Positions 12,601 to 27,600 of a stretch of DNA of 64,000 bases are shown here, piece after piece. Made by a program: the position numbers and the translations under genes. The notes under the pieces were generated by a model. That model saw only the letters and a program-made list of their open reading frames with translations, made no database searches and was not told the DNA's origin. Each line of letters starts with the position of its first letter. The stretch's first letter is position 1. Origin of the DNA: Tubiluchus corallicola (taxonomy: Eukaryota; Animalia; Priapulida); contig JAQGDQ010000154.1 of NCBI GenBank assembly GCA_030141605.1, positions 1-64,000 of the forward strand. Direction: 5' to 3'.

Positions 12601-15600
12601 CACTGTGCCTTTTTGTGCCCAGTTCACTTTTGTTCTGTTCTGTTTGCCCTGTCATGTTTCCCCCTGTTCTTCCCAATTCTCTTCCCTAGTGACTTTTTGT
12701 CTACCCGTTGTTTGTTTTTGGGTAGTATGATTCATTCTATCCTGTTTATTTTATTTCATGCCCTTGTCAAGTCTCCCTTTTTGATCTCGTACTCTTTCTT
12801 ATCCTGTCCTCTTCTGTCCTGTTTTGCTATGTTCTATTCTTTCCTTTCTTATCCTGTCCTATCCTGTTATGTGCTATTCTTTCAAATCTTGACCTGTCCT
12901 GTCCTGTTTTGTCCTGTCCTGTCCTCTTCTGTCCTGTTCTATCCTGTTCCATCCTGTCCTGTCCCGGCCTGTTCTGTTATGTGCTATTCTTCCCTGTCCT
13001 GTTCTGTCTTGTCCTATTATGTGCTATTCTTTCTTGTCTATTCTGTTATATTCTATTGTTTCCTGTCCTGCCCTGTCATGTCCTTGTCCTGTCCTGTCCT
13101 GTCCTGTCGTGTCCTGTCCTGTCCTGTCCTGTCCTGTCCTGTCCTGTCCTGTCCTGTCCTGTCCTGTCCTGTCCTGTCCTGTCCTGTCCTTTCTGTCCTG
13201 TTCTACCTTTTCCCGTGTTGTCATGTTCAATGTTGAAAAGTTTTGTTTTGTCTCATCCTATTTATGGCTTGTTCTAGTTTTTGTCGTTCTATTTTGCCCC
13301 GCTTTGTTCTCATGATGTTTTCTTGTTGTCTATAATGTTTATGTGGTTGCTATCTACACTGTCAGACACTTGCCATTCGCCAGTTTACAAAGTAAAACTT
13401 GTAGTTACTTATCAATGTGTTATTTTATGATTTTAGGAAAACCTGAGAGATACCGTATTCTGCACACGTGTACATGCACCTTGGGATGTACTGTGTGAAT
13501 ATGCAGATATTATGAATATTAAAGTTCCCATACTGGTATGTAAAGACTTTAATATTTCGATTCTACTGTATTAACGTTTGATCGATATATATTTAATTCT
13601 ATATTCTTATTGTAATGTGTTTTTATTTAAAGGACGAGAAACCTGAAGTAGGTTTAAGAAAAATCACCTTAAAAAACTATATTACTTTACAGCAATTTTA
13701 TGTATGTGTTGCACTCTCGTTAAAAGGAATTTTTTTTGTTTGTTTTAATTTTAAAACTCCCACAATACTGTTCCAACGCCATTACATGATGTCACCTACA
13801 CAAATGTAAATCAGGGAAAGAAAAGGCAATGTTAAGTTATGTCCCAAGAAACTTTCCATGCAAATCTATATTACTTAGCATTTCGCTTGCCTGCTGGGAA
13901 GACTTATGTAACTAGAAATAATAATTTAAATGTTCTAGGGTGCGCTACTCACTAACCAAAAACATATTTTTAATCTTATTGACTTTTACTTTGTTAGCAA
14001 CATGTGTGCTGCGAATGCTCTGGTTGTTTTTTCAAACTTCACGCAATGTTATCTCAACTTCTTTCAAATGACCTACCATTAAAATGGCTGTGCCTTACGG
14101 CGTTACTGCCGACACGAGCAAAAGGCAGTATGTAAGTGGTATAAAATTTCAAGATGAAATTTTTAAGCTTTATGTAAGCAGAGGGTTTTATGTAAATGTA
14201 CTTTAAATGCTTAATAACTATTGCTAATCAAATTTGCTGCAAGTAAATAATTTATTAACTCTGATTAGTTTATATGTTAGGTTCCCTTCATCAGAAGAAT
14301 TGTAGTGTAGCTATCCCATATTCTTAGCTGGTAGGATTCCACAGTCAAGGAAAATATAGGTTATCCTGCAAAGTCATGGAAAAGTCAGGCAAAAAGATAA
14401 TTTTTGTAAAAAGTCGGGGAAAATGATGAAAATGGGGCAAAACGTCAGGGAAATTGAAAAGGGTTGCAAAAATAATCACTGTGAACCGATGAACCGATAT
14501 TTTTAAAAACATATTTTTCAGTGATTCATGTTCAAATAAAATTTTGCTATGGCAGGCTCCCGGTTTCGATTTCAGTTCTAAAAATAATGATTGTCCTACA
14601 CATTTTATTTATCACTATATGTATGGATGTTCCTACACAAAAATGTTTGAATATATATATACTGGTAATACAATTTCTGGCTTATCTTGGTCATGGAAAA
14701 TCAATATTTGGCCAGGTAAAAGTCATGGAAGAATCCGGGATATTTATTTTAAAATTCTGTGGGAACCATGGTTTTATGAATGCATATTTATGAAAAATCA
14801 TTTTTACTAATTTATTTAAACTCTTTTCTTCAAATTAGATTACTTTACAATATTGGAGGTGCACAAGAATTTACTATTATGAGTCTCTTTTTTCCCTTTC
14901 GTTAGAAAAATGATTTAGAAGAAGATGAGGGTGGATGTTGTGGATTAACGTGGTTTGAAGTGGATGAAGACATAATTCCACCGGAGCCAAATTATTTTAC
15001 TGCTCCGTTTGATCAGGATCACCAGGAACTGTGAGTTCTAACATTGTTACATTTTTTCAGTCTTAATTTAAAAAAGTTAATAATAGGAAGTTTCTCGGCC
15101 ACCAGCAGCAAATAATTTTTTGTTGCTTTCAATTTTATACACTGCAAAATTCTCAGTGAAAATTGTCAAGACACAAAAAATTATTATTTCTCATACACGG
15201 GAAAATGTGTGGGAAGATATTATATTATAGACTACAATAAATATAGCATTTGAAATTTAAGTTACAATGTAAAAACCGTCCAAACTTTTAAGGCTCACCA
15301 AAAAGCCAACTAGATGCTATAAAACTTTGGCAAAAAATTCTCAAAACTCACCAACAATATTATTAAAGCAAAACTGAACCCAATGTTAAACTGTAGCAAC
15401 AATCTACTCTTTAAAATATTGAAAGGGAAATTACTATTTTTTTCAAAAATAAAAATGACATGTGAAAGAATTATTACCACATAAACACAGTTTCCGCGTG
15501 CGTGCCACTATTTCTTAACTGTTACATGCATTTCGCCAGGTGCTAGTTAGACGGGCACTAGCGCCTGTATTTCGGAAATGCATTTCACAGAAACAGGTGC

Positions 15601-18600
15601 TGTACTTCTCAATTCAGATGTATTAGTTTCTGACAAATTACACACGTTTCGACAACTCATGCATGAGCACGGCAGTAAATATGATATTTGAATTTTTATC
15701 CTAAAATTTGCCTAGTTTTAGTACTACACTTACAGTAGCACTCTACTTCAATTTTTGCTTTGCAAACTCATGCGACACGCTCGTAGAATATTTTTGCTTT
15801 TGTAAATTATATTAGTTTGTGATGTCATCAATAGTTGGGCTCGCCCGCCGTTAATTAAGTTTTTAATCTGTTATTAATCTGCAGTATTAATTATGTCAAA
15901 ATGTGTACTTGGATTTGAAAATAGGGTAGTATATAATAAAATCACCTTGTCTTCCTTTAAGTGGAATAAAAGAGATTATAGCTGACTCTGTTTAACACAT
16001 TAGTTACTTTTCGCTTGAAGAATGAAAATAATGATCTTAAAGGAAACTCAATCAAGATTTTTTAAGTGTTTCCGTTGCATTACAGGAAAAACTACTTGTT
16101 TTGTTAATATAAGCACAGGTTTAATATAACATTGGCAGCTTTTGTGATCATGTAAGTTCTAATATCGTGTTAACGAAAACTTACCAGGGGCGTGATAGTT
16201 TCCTAAATGTCTGAAATAATCTTGTTTTAACAAATGCTAACGCTAGTTTTTGTTGGAGCACCAAATGGTTGCTTTGGCATCAAATTGTACAAAGGAGTGA
16301 GCTTTTGACAGTTATCGCCAAAAACAGTATTTTCTGTAATTATTACTATTATTTGTTGAAAACATTGGTATAAATTTCAGTAGATTTTTGGTTTTAAACA
16401 AAACAGCTTTTTAAACTAAACAGTGGTTTGATTAACAAGAAGATTGCCTGCTGAGCTGCTATGGGAAGGTTTAAGAATCGTGTATCTTTTGGTGTGCATT
16501 AGTAGTAGTGTTTGCTGCTTTTTCTATTTTTTAAGGTGAAATTACTGATTTTTGAGTTTGCTATATGTAATTTCTGCTTAGGTATATTATTGAAGATAAA
16601 GACACATTTTTCACAAGAGCTCAGAGATTTCAAATCGTTTTTGAGATCTTGAAGCGGGCAAGATATGATAAAGAAGAGAATAAATTCGGTAATTATAAAT
16701 AGGATTTTAAAACTGCAACAACCACAATATTTGTGACTAATTAGGTGTCTGTCGAACGTCGGAGTTCGAAAGTTCGAATTCTACTCGAGTGAGTTTTTTA
16801 TATCAAATTTTATTTGAACCTAAAATTATGGATTCGAATAAGTCGCCTCTTCAACTACACCTGTTCTTTACCAATTGTATCATTATGCAATTTAGCGCAA
16901 TTTCTGTGAATAATTTTCAAACAAATTATTTGTGTTTTTTCCTGCGGAAGAAAATTAAGCAATATGCAAGAGTCTGTTTTTTATTAGTGATTTGAAAATT
17001 TATTAGAAAAGCTTTAAAACTGAATTTGAATTCTTCGGATTCGAAATCTTGAAATTCGGTTTGATTGAAGTTCGAAAGTCAAAAATTCAATTCATTCAGA
17101 TTCCTTTGCTGATAGCATCTCTAGTGTCCAATATATGTGTTATTACAAACCAAAACTGCACACGAGTCGGCATAGTTAAAACTACGTTACGATGCTTCAA
17201 AGTAGAATGACATTTTTTTGGTTTTTATAAAAACGAATGCTAAATATATTGGACTTTCATATTTTAGCATCAAATCATTAGAAAAATGATTAAAAAATAC
17301 TAAAAATTTAATTTTATAATACCTTACTCTTCTGGCTAAATGCTAGTATTGCAATTGTGAAAAACACATATTTTCAAACTCTGATAGTAGCTCGTGGAAA
17401 CAGTAATTTTAATTGCAGTTTTTTTCTGTTGCCAAGCCCAGATTTTTGTTGGAAAAAATCTACTGGATTTAAACATAACTTCAACGTGCTCTTGCAGAGT
17501 CCATAACAACCAACATTTTCTACGGTTGCTAAGAGTGTTTTGTAGAAACGTGACAAAAAACAAAGGCGAACTTGTAACAGTGATTTTCTCAAGATTATGT
17601 TTCTCAGTGTGCAGCTTGCACCTCAACTTCAACGTGGATTATCTCAGCTTAGAAATAACACAGAGTAATAAGCTTGGTATCAAAATGATCCTTATGAAAT
17701 GGAGATTCAGGATATGTGGATAACTAGAAAAGCTTAATTGCCGACTCAAGGATGATTTTGCCATGCAAGCACACATATATTCAAATGTGCCAGAAGTAAT
17801 TTATGGCTTTTAGCCACAGTGGTTACTTTAAGTTAATCATTCATTTAATCATTAATGCTGCCAAACTATTGTGATTAAATTTGCACTACAAACTGTTGTC
17901 AAACATTGCAGGAATCACAGCACTTTTAAACAACGGGACATATGAAGCTGCTTATCCACTGCATGAGGTAAATTGCAATCCTGATGTAGAAGTTGTGAGC
18001 ATAAAGTTTTACCTATCTTTACAATGGTTATTGTTTCGCAGGTGGTCTGAAATTTGAGCAGTTTTATTTGACGCATTTGTGATGTGAAACACACTACATG
18101 TTTCATGTAGACAAAAATTGTCTGTATCCAGTTTAACTTAAAATGAGGCTAAACATAACTCTTGAACATTGCAAGCCAGTTTTTAATTTAGCTTAATATT
18201 ACTCGATGAAACTTAATTTAATAGAATCGTGCTTATTTAGATTTTGCTCAGTACTCAGTTTTTTCTTTGGTTAAAACTCACGTTTGTTTTCTTTGTGACT
18301 GTTTTGTTATTTCATATTTTTGCAGGGTCGCCTTAGAGATGACGGTGATGGTGATGATGATGTTGCAAAGACTCCATCACTGGAAAGTGACAGAAAAGTG
18401 AGTCACTAATTTAATTAATTAACATATTGTGTTTTGTCTTGAAAATGCCGTTGCTTATTCAGAATAATTCTAGTTGGTTTTATCCTAGTTTTGGCAATTT
18501 GTTTTTTTTACTGAAATTCATAGTGTTTAATTTTGTTCTATTTAGTTATTGTTTGAAACCTGGGCGAGATTTAGGAATTGGTACAAGAAACAACCTTTGG

Positions 18601-21600
18601 ACTTGATACGGTAAGTCATTTGTGGACACTTCTGGCATTCTCGTTTAGGGAACTGATTCTCCCATGCGGAATGGGGATGGTTAAATTGAAAGGAAATCAA
18701 AGCTTTTTAATATTGTATCCTTATTATTTGGAATCTGATACAATCAAACTTTGCATTATAATTTTTTTACTTAAATGTTCCAGAAATCTCGAAATTCACT
18801 AGTTTTTCTAGACCATGGCTTATCGTTTTCCCCGTTGCAAGGTGCGAGGGTGTAATAACCTATCAATTATGGTCAAAAAGGTGCTTAGTTTCAAAATGGT
18901 TGAGAACTATAACTAAGTACAAACTCCAACAGAAATAAACGACATCGGGGTGTAACTGAGCAACAGTGTGCTAGCTGAGCATACTTACCAAAATAGTTGG
19001 AATAATTCACTGTGATGTCTACTTGACAGCGTATGCAACAACTTTAAGTCATAACACCCGTTCAGAATATTTTCTGAATGTTGTAAACTATTCAACTGAA
19101 TACTAGTAATCACATTGCTAGTGTCTCTGAGAGGCATTTATGTCTCAATGTCTCAGTTGAATTTAATGTAAACCACTGATCTTTATTTCTGCAATATTTA
19201 TAACTAAAATAGAAAGGCAAAATCGCCTGACATTGGCTAATTTTATGAAAAGTTACATAGTTTAGCTAGATTGACAGTTAGTTAATCAACATAAAATATC
19301 AACGAATAAATCAAAATGAAAATTAAACAGAAATAAACTTACATCGTTGCGGCATACATCTAATGATAAATTTCGCTAGCTTGCACAAGATATTGTTCAC
19401 ATACACTACAAAGCAGCACAATGACAACATAACTGGGTCAAAGCCCACACCTAAGCCCAAAAATTTCCAGCTAGATGGAGCCACCTTAGCTACAAAATAA
19501 AAATTCATTAAGCTAAGTTCACACTGTCCTTAATACAGATATTGTAATCAGTAACACCCATTTTAAAACAGTCTATTGTATTTGATGAAACTTTTTACAA
19601 TCAGTTGAATGAGTTTTAATTCTGAATTTTACTTACATTTACAGGAAGTACTTTGGAGAGAAGATTGCAATCTATTTCACATGGTTGGGATATTACACGG
19701 TCGCATTGATTCCTGCTGCAATTGTTGGTCTCGCTTGTTTTCTTTATGGTGCATTCACACTGTCAACAACTGTTCACACGTAAGTGGAGAGAACGAATAA
19801 CCACTAGTTTTTAAGTTTAAAAGTTCTCAAACTCGTAATGGTTTCTGTTTATTGCACAGCAACCTATGCTAAAATATTTCTGTTAGAGTTCCATCTGCTG
19901 AAACCTTTAGTTAAATTAGAGAATTCGGTCTACCTTTAAAGTATTACAAATATTGCGGATAATGTTTTCACTTTTGACGACAATGCTTCAAACTACTACA
20001 CGGAAGAAAGAGCAGAGCAACCTTTCATATATTTAGAAAATTTAGAAATCGAATTAGGCCTTAAGATAAGCATTAAGACTAAGCACACTTAGTAGCCACT
20101 CACTTAGCAGACAAGCTTGGATTTTCTTTCTCGTTTTTGTCTGAAGTTGTACATCTGTTCACAAATTCTAGTGTGCGACAAGTATAAGATTTACTCAAAC
20201 ACAAACATTGAGTGTGTTAAATGGCATGTTCTGTTTCTTCCTAGAAAGTTTTTTAATACATGAGGTATTGATACATTATATGTTAGGGGTGAGTAATCTC
20301 TACCAAAAGCCAAATTCGAATTACACATATATATATATTTGAAATTTGAATTGAATTCGAATTGAGTTTGAAAGTTTTCAAACCACCAGTAAAAAGCGGT
20401 CTTACAAAAATCATGCATACGATTCGATTTTGTTCATGAATAATTTGTTTAAAAATTATACATAATTATACATATGTACAAAGATTGTGCATATTTCTTG
20501 AATTTATTTGGCAGTAAAAATACTAATTAGTTTTCTTAAAAATTGTGCACAGAAATTGCATCTAAATTATGCTGATTGCATGATGTTTATCAGCATTGTG
20601 TTTCTTTCAGCGATGAAATTTGTGAGGAAAGTAATCCAGCAGGTGGTGCCATTGTGATGTGTCCTCAATGTGATAAATGGTGTCCATACTGGTACCTTCA
20701 TGAAAGTTGTTTTAATTCAAAGGTATGTTAATAGCGTACTTGTGTTTTTGTATTCTGATACTGGCTCATTAATATGTTATGTTAATGAATGGGTAGCAGT
20801 TGCCAATAGTTAGTATTTTTCACTTATTCAACATTTGATATTTTTGAAAAGTGTTTTTTTTGTATTACGTATTTTTGTTTGTGATTTTCAGCTCACGTAT
20901 CTTTTTGATAATAGTGCTACGGTTTTCTTTGCTATATTCATGTCTGTTTGGGGTAAGACATTTCTTTAGCTTTTACAGTTTTGGATAATTTCTACATTTT
21001 ATTTTGAAACTGCAAATGCCATTTATATCAAATACCAAGATTAGCTAAAAACTTCCCTGGGCCAGACAAGTTTGAGATTGCTGCTTGCTGTAATCTGATT
21101 GAACATGTCTTTTTTTTTAATAGTCCAGATTTACTAATGTGAATCTGGCACAAGTCCAACGGTTATTCTATGATACAGATATACCAGTATATATATAGTA
21201 TTTGATTAATGTTTCATGATGGTTCCAGTTTTATTAGTGTGACTGTGACGTAAAATTAATGTTTTTGTCCAGAATTACCAATGTGAATAAACTGTGAGAT
21301 TAATGATTTGTGATGTTCATGTTTTAACCAGTGTGAACCTAGTTATTTCTCTTCAGACTTACGAGTGTGAATCTAGTATAAGACTACACCAGTTTGACAA
21401 AATTATTTATAATTATCTATTATATTTTATTTCTCAGCCACAGTTTTTCTGGAGTTATGGAAACGGAAGCAGCACATCATCGCATGGGATTGGGATGTGC
21501 AAAATTTCGAAGAAGATGTAAGTGTAAACATTTTTCTAAATTTCATCAATAAAGATAGACGGCTTAGTTGAAGTAAACTGCAAAAATCTTTTTCTTTAAA

Positions 21601-24600
21601 ATTTAAGCAGCTCTCCATCTTTATTTTTGTCAAAGTGGTGCTAACACATTTCTTTATTTCACACTTCATTTTTTTTGTTATAGGGTTATTGATTTCTCTG
21701 TTTTTTTTGAAGTATTTTCTGCTTCTTGTTTTCTACAAACTATTGCTGCTAGGACTTTCACTTAGTAATTGTTTGTACCAAGTGTTACCTCATGAATGTC
21801 ACCTTATTAAAAAAGCTTCCTGATTCAGTGAAACGTTTTACTATTAAAAAAGGTAACGAAAAAGCTGACACGGGGTCAATAACTCACTGGCAGTCACTCA
21901 GTAAACTTTCGGAATAGCTCTAACTCAGTCTCTGGCAAGGCAGACTCTTGAACTGCTTTTAAGTTTGGCAAACTTGGCTCATTGGAAAAATTGATCTCTC
22001 ATCACATATCTTTTGTCATGGTAATATGTTTGGAACAGTGAGGTTGGAAAAGTGATTCATCTTAAAATAAACAGAACACTAAATGTGCTGTACAGTGTTT
22101 TTTCTTACCAACGCAATGTACTACCAAATGAGTCATCAAAGTGAGCAGTTGGAAAAGACTCCAGTACAGTTAGAAAAGACTCCTTCTTGCACAGGCTTTT
22201 GTGAGCTAAAATTTGACTGTTCTTCTTTTACAGGAGACGGTAAGACCTGCCTATGAAGCCGCTGCCACTGAAATGCGTTTGGACCCCATCACACAACAAA
22301 TGGTGCCCATCGTGTCCGGCTATAAAACTATGACTAGCAAAATGGCTTCATTTGTATCTCTGTTCTTTATCGTAAGTACTTTTAGATACTAACCTAAGAA
22401 CTTCGTATGTGGTGTGCTGGATTACTAACAACGATTTCTCTTCTATCAGAAGATGATTGTTTTAGATAAACATTGTGTATCGTCAGGTGGCCCCATCTAG
22501 TGGTAAAATTTATAAGGAGTGGTATGCTAGATGGTGAGGCAGATTGGTTGACATGGGTAGGTGTGTGGAAATGCTTAGACATTAGATAAGACAGTAAAAG
22601 AGCCAAAAATGTATGTATGAATCTTTTAAATCTCTTTTGGAATTTTATTTGAGTTTAAAATACATGCACAGTTAGCTGTAACGTTAGCATAGTTTGTGTA
22701 AACTAAAATTCATAGTTTTTATAACCTGTCATGTTGAATTCCAATAGTTTCAATTATGTTATTACGGATTGAATGTTCCTTGTCGACTTATCATACCATA
22801 CAGGAAGAAAACGTTAAACATCTAGAAGAAATTTGGCAATAAAAGGGACTTTATTTTTTATGGATATTTAGCACTGATTGTCTTTGGCATTGTGCACATT
22901 TGAAATGTGATACAGCTTATATCGTTGTGAGTGTCTGGATTTAGTGTTTGAATGTAGTGATTCTTAAAGCAAAGCTGGACTCAATCTTAAACTGTAGGTC
23001 AAAACAATCTACTCTTTAAAATTTCGAAAGGGAACGTACTATTTTTTTAAAAATGACTTATGTGAAAGAATTTTTAGCACACAAATGCAATTTCGCATTC
23101 ACACCACTAGTTCTTCCGTGTTACATGCATTTTGCCATTCACAAGTTTGACGGGCACTAGCGCCTGCATTTCGGAAATGCATTGCACAAAAAATAGGTTC
23201 TGTACCTCTCAATTTAGATGTGTTAGTTTGTTCAAACTCGACAGCTCATGCATGAGCACAGCAGTAAATTTGAGATCTGAATTTTTATCTTAAAACTTGC
23301 CTAGTTTTGTACAACACACTGTACTTCAGTTTTCGCTCTCACAAACACATGCAACACGCTCCTGGAATATTTTTGCTGTTGAAAATTATGTTAATTTGTG
23401 ATGTCATCAATAGTTGGGCTCGCCCGCCGGTAATTAAGATTTTAATCTTTTATTTAATTATCAGAAAGGCTTTTGCAGTATTAATAGTGTTAAAATGTAT
23501 ACTTTTTATCCGACTTGAAAATAAAGTAGTTTATGAAAAATCGTCCTGTCTTCCTTTAAGACTCTCTATTAGGTTTAGATTTTTCTCCTAAAAGAATTTG
23601 GTAGTGACTGTAGGTGTGTCTGAAGAACATTACTGCTTCTTACGTTTTTTCTCGTATTTTTGCGAATTGTTTTTGTTTTAGGAGTATATTCCTTTACTTG
23701 CAGTTGGTACTAGTGTTAGCTGCTGTGTTTGGTGTGATCGTCTATAGAATCATCATCAACGCCGTGCTCTATTCTAATGAAAACGAGATCGTGCGCACCA
23801 CGTCCAGTCTTGTCACATCCATTACGTCATCCATGATCAACTTGGTTGTCATCATGGTGCTAAGCAAGGTAAGTACTTTTAAAATTATCTTGATTAGATT
23901 AACTTTAAATGTGATGCGATATTTCAAAGACTTCTCAGAAAACTTGAGCCATTTTTAAAAATTACTTTAATTCTTGGAATTCTTTAAATTCTTTTTAAAT
24001 CTTGACAAAATTATTACAATTTTATTGCATTCATATGATTTATTAACAAATTAGTTTACAGAAGTGTGATACAAAAGTGAGAATGTATAGATAAAATTAG
24101 TGTGTAATATGCTTGAAAATTTTCAGCTCCCAAGGTTGTTTTCTGTCTTTAGTTTATAAGTCGATTATTTACCTTGCTCAACGTATTGCAACCACATCTG
24201 GACTGCATCTTGCTACCTTAACTCATTTGTTAAATTGAAAAATATTATTGTCAGTTCTGAATACTCCAATCTCTTTCTCATTAAAGGTTTTTGTTATTAA
24301 GCATTTTTTTATACATCGAGCGGCTTTTGGACCCTTATTCACAAACATCAAGTTTATTTGTAGTTTTTACCCCCAACACTCCTGATGCTTATACAGTCAG
24401 TTTTTACGTTTGAGTCACTTATCAGAAAAACTCTTTACCAGAAAATTGTTTTCCCAAAGACTACATTCTCTTCTTTTTTAAAAAGAACAACAAATATAGG
24501 CCTATTTTTTACCACAAGAACTTCAGTTATAAAATTCTTATTTTTCTGTACGAAAACAATTTTTGCAGATACAGTCAACCTCAGATATAAAGTACTCGCG

Positions 24601-27600
24601 TATAAGGGGCATTCGCTTGTAAGGGACCACTAACTCCGGTCCTGATTTTTCGTAACGTTTTTCCTTATGAAAATCTTCATATATCAGTTACTCGGACATA
24701 GGGGACTTTTGGTTATAAGGGACGATATCTTCAGCTCCCGCATGTAATTTCACATATGATCAAAGCGAAATTGGTCGATTTTTAACCTCAGTTTTTCGCA
24801 AACTCGGTTTATACGTGATCGAACAGCTCGGCTTCCGCGGTCACATACATCACTGAAGGAGCTTCCTACATACCGTTTGCACTGAATGTGTAGCAATAAG
24901 CCATAAAAATATGTATAAGTACAGAAAGGTACAGGTTTAGATACACCCTCGGTCTGACTCAGCTTTGGCTATAAGGGACATCGTATATAAGGGACGATTT
25001 TTTCTGGTCCGGAGGTGTCCCTTATATCCGAGGTTGACTGTATTTTCAATTTCTAGCTGCAGCATTCTTTATCCTAGGCAGCAACTAGCATTAATTGAGT
25101 GATTTGTATAAAAAATTCATTCCAGAGATCTTTTCTAGTGATTTTTTTTAGAGATAATGCTATAGCTAGCGTAGTTATCTCTAAGTAATAGAAGAAAAGC
25201 AGATGATCAGCATAAATCTTCTCTTCAGTTTTGATGGTTAAATTTAGTTTGAAAATCGCATTTAAAATGAAAATAAATTCCAGCATGCACTTAAACGAAA
25301 ACATGGCTATTTATTTTAACACAATCACCTGCAACGTTTTTACCATAAGACGGTCATGATTACTCTATTCTACGTGCTTCACCTGTGTATAGTGTGTAAA
25401 AATAATATTGTTTACCTGTTTCCTATTATCTATTGAATTTCACGTTGTGAAAAACAAACAAATCACTTTGTAAATAGTAAACTTATGGATTGTGTAGTAC
25501 GTTGCCAATTGACAGAAAAAATAAAGTTATGTTACGCCAACATAATTCAGTCTCTAATTCCTCTGCATGGTAACCATTTCCCCATCATCAATCAAAGTCT
25601 TATATGATGGATTCTATCATGCAAAAATTATTCCCAGTTTTCTCTTTGTTTATAGCAAGTGTTTGTGTGTGTAATGCAGCTATATCCTTTTCCAGATATA
25701 TAAAAAATTAGCTGTATGGTTCACAGATATGGGTATGTTCTGCACGGTAACAAGGCAAAATTACTGTCATGTTTGTCGGCGTTGTATAACAATCATTGCA
25801 ATCAGTTTTTTGCTAGCATAGCGTCTTTAGCTGCATCAGTGTGTCTGTAGTTCTGTATGTGTCAATCGTTTAGTTTTTAGACGTATTTCTGCTGAGATTT
25901 ACATTTCCTGGAACACGTTGTCTATCCTGTTATAGCCAGTAAATGTGGTTAGTGAGAAGTAGTACGGCAGTGTTGTTTCTTCGTCACATTTTGTGTCGAT
26001 TTTTCGTCCATACTGTTATGGTTCATTGTTGCACTCTTTGAGGCCATTTAGAGCAGATATGTCTTGAATGTTTCGCTTAATGACTAAAACTGTGTCCCTT
26101 ACAGATTATTTTGCAGTTGATGAGGTAAATGAAATTCTACAATTATTATGAAGCTTTTTGCATTGTGCACACACCCTTGTGCACAAACCTTTGTTCACAC
26201 ATCTTTGTGCACACACCTTTGTACACACACCTTTGTGCACACACCCTTGTGCACACACCTTTGTGCACACACCTTGTGCACACACCTTTGTGCACACACC
26301 TTTGTGCACACACCCGTGTGCACACACCTTTGTGCACACACCTTGTGCACACACCTTGTGCACACACCTTTGTGCATTACAATGCAAGTTTTTGTTTGAG
26401 ACTTTTGAAAAAGTTTTGAAACTGAACTGGTAGTGCAATGAATTATTATCATTATTGAGGTCTTAAATTTTGCATGATTCTGTCAGTCGATACTAGAAGT
26501 GAAGGCTTTAATAGCAATTACTGTTTATAGTGTTTTTGTTTATAAGTTTTTTCTTATTTGTTGCATAACAGTCATTTTAGAATGTTAATCCCACATATTT
26601 TTATGCATTTATTACTAAACACAAGTGGGTGATCAGTAATCTCAGGTAATAGTGTTTAAACTAGGATTTTCATTTTGACAATATTTTTACATATTTAGAT
26701 GTCAAAATAAGACATTTATCATTAGTACGGGCTACAGAGCCAATCGTGAACAAACGTAAACACTAGTCATGTCATTTTGCCCAAAACGACTAGATTTTTA
26801 GATGGAATTTTTTGTTTGCTATGCGAAATGAAATCTATATTCAGCAGTGATACATGCAAAGTGTCATATTATATATATTTAAATGTAAATTAAATTTTTT
26901 GTTTACTGTACAAAAACGGTACCTTAAAATTGTTTTTCAGAATGTCCAAGAACGTACACAGAATATGAAGACAGCTTTACGTTCAAGATGTATCTATTTC
27001 AATTCACCAATTACTATTCATCCCTTGTTTACATAGCTTTCTTCAAAGGCAAGTAAGTAAAAGCAGAACTATACTCTCTTTCTCTTTCTCTCTCAATGTG
27101 CATGTGTTATAGTCCGAAGTACTACAATCAGTCAGTGGATAAAGTGTGTAATAGTTAAGCAGTTTTGACTGCGGCCAAATCATGTTGAAAACACCGGTTC
27201 TCATTTGATCACCGAAGTTAAGCAACGTTAAGCAAAGTAACGTGGTTAGTACTTGAATGGGTGACCGCCTAGGAATACCAGGTGCTGTAGGCTTGCAGGA
27301 TGCCCACACTGTATCTCGACACTAGGCGGAGGAGCTGCACAAGCAGCCAACGGCAAGAGGGCGGAGGAGGTCAAGTGACCCAACGGCCATGTGTAGAGGA
27401 GTAAACCTGCCAAATTAGGAGTGGAGCCCCGAAGGCGGACCAGTGCAGCAAACTCACTGACTCCGGCAGCTCGTGCAGCCAATCTGGTGCCAAACGTATC
27501 GCTCTGCTTTCCTTTGGACTACACCAGCAGGGAAGAGAGGGGGTTCCGGTTGTCTGGGCAACTCAGGATCTCCATACACCTTGCCCAGGCGTGCGTCTTG

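Noticed and set aside
12595-13315. Cys-rich CPVLS ORFs
   Set aside because: They derive from the (GTCCT)n repeat in an anoctamin intron.
26106-26452. His/Cys-rich repeat ORFs
   Set aside because: They derive from the tgtgcacacacctt minisatellite, which is open in most frames.
27167-27294. Functional 5S rRNA gene
   Set aside because: It has an internal duplication, several substitutions and no oligo-T terminator, and it sits inside a TSD-flanked element.
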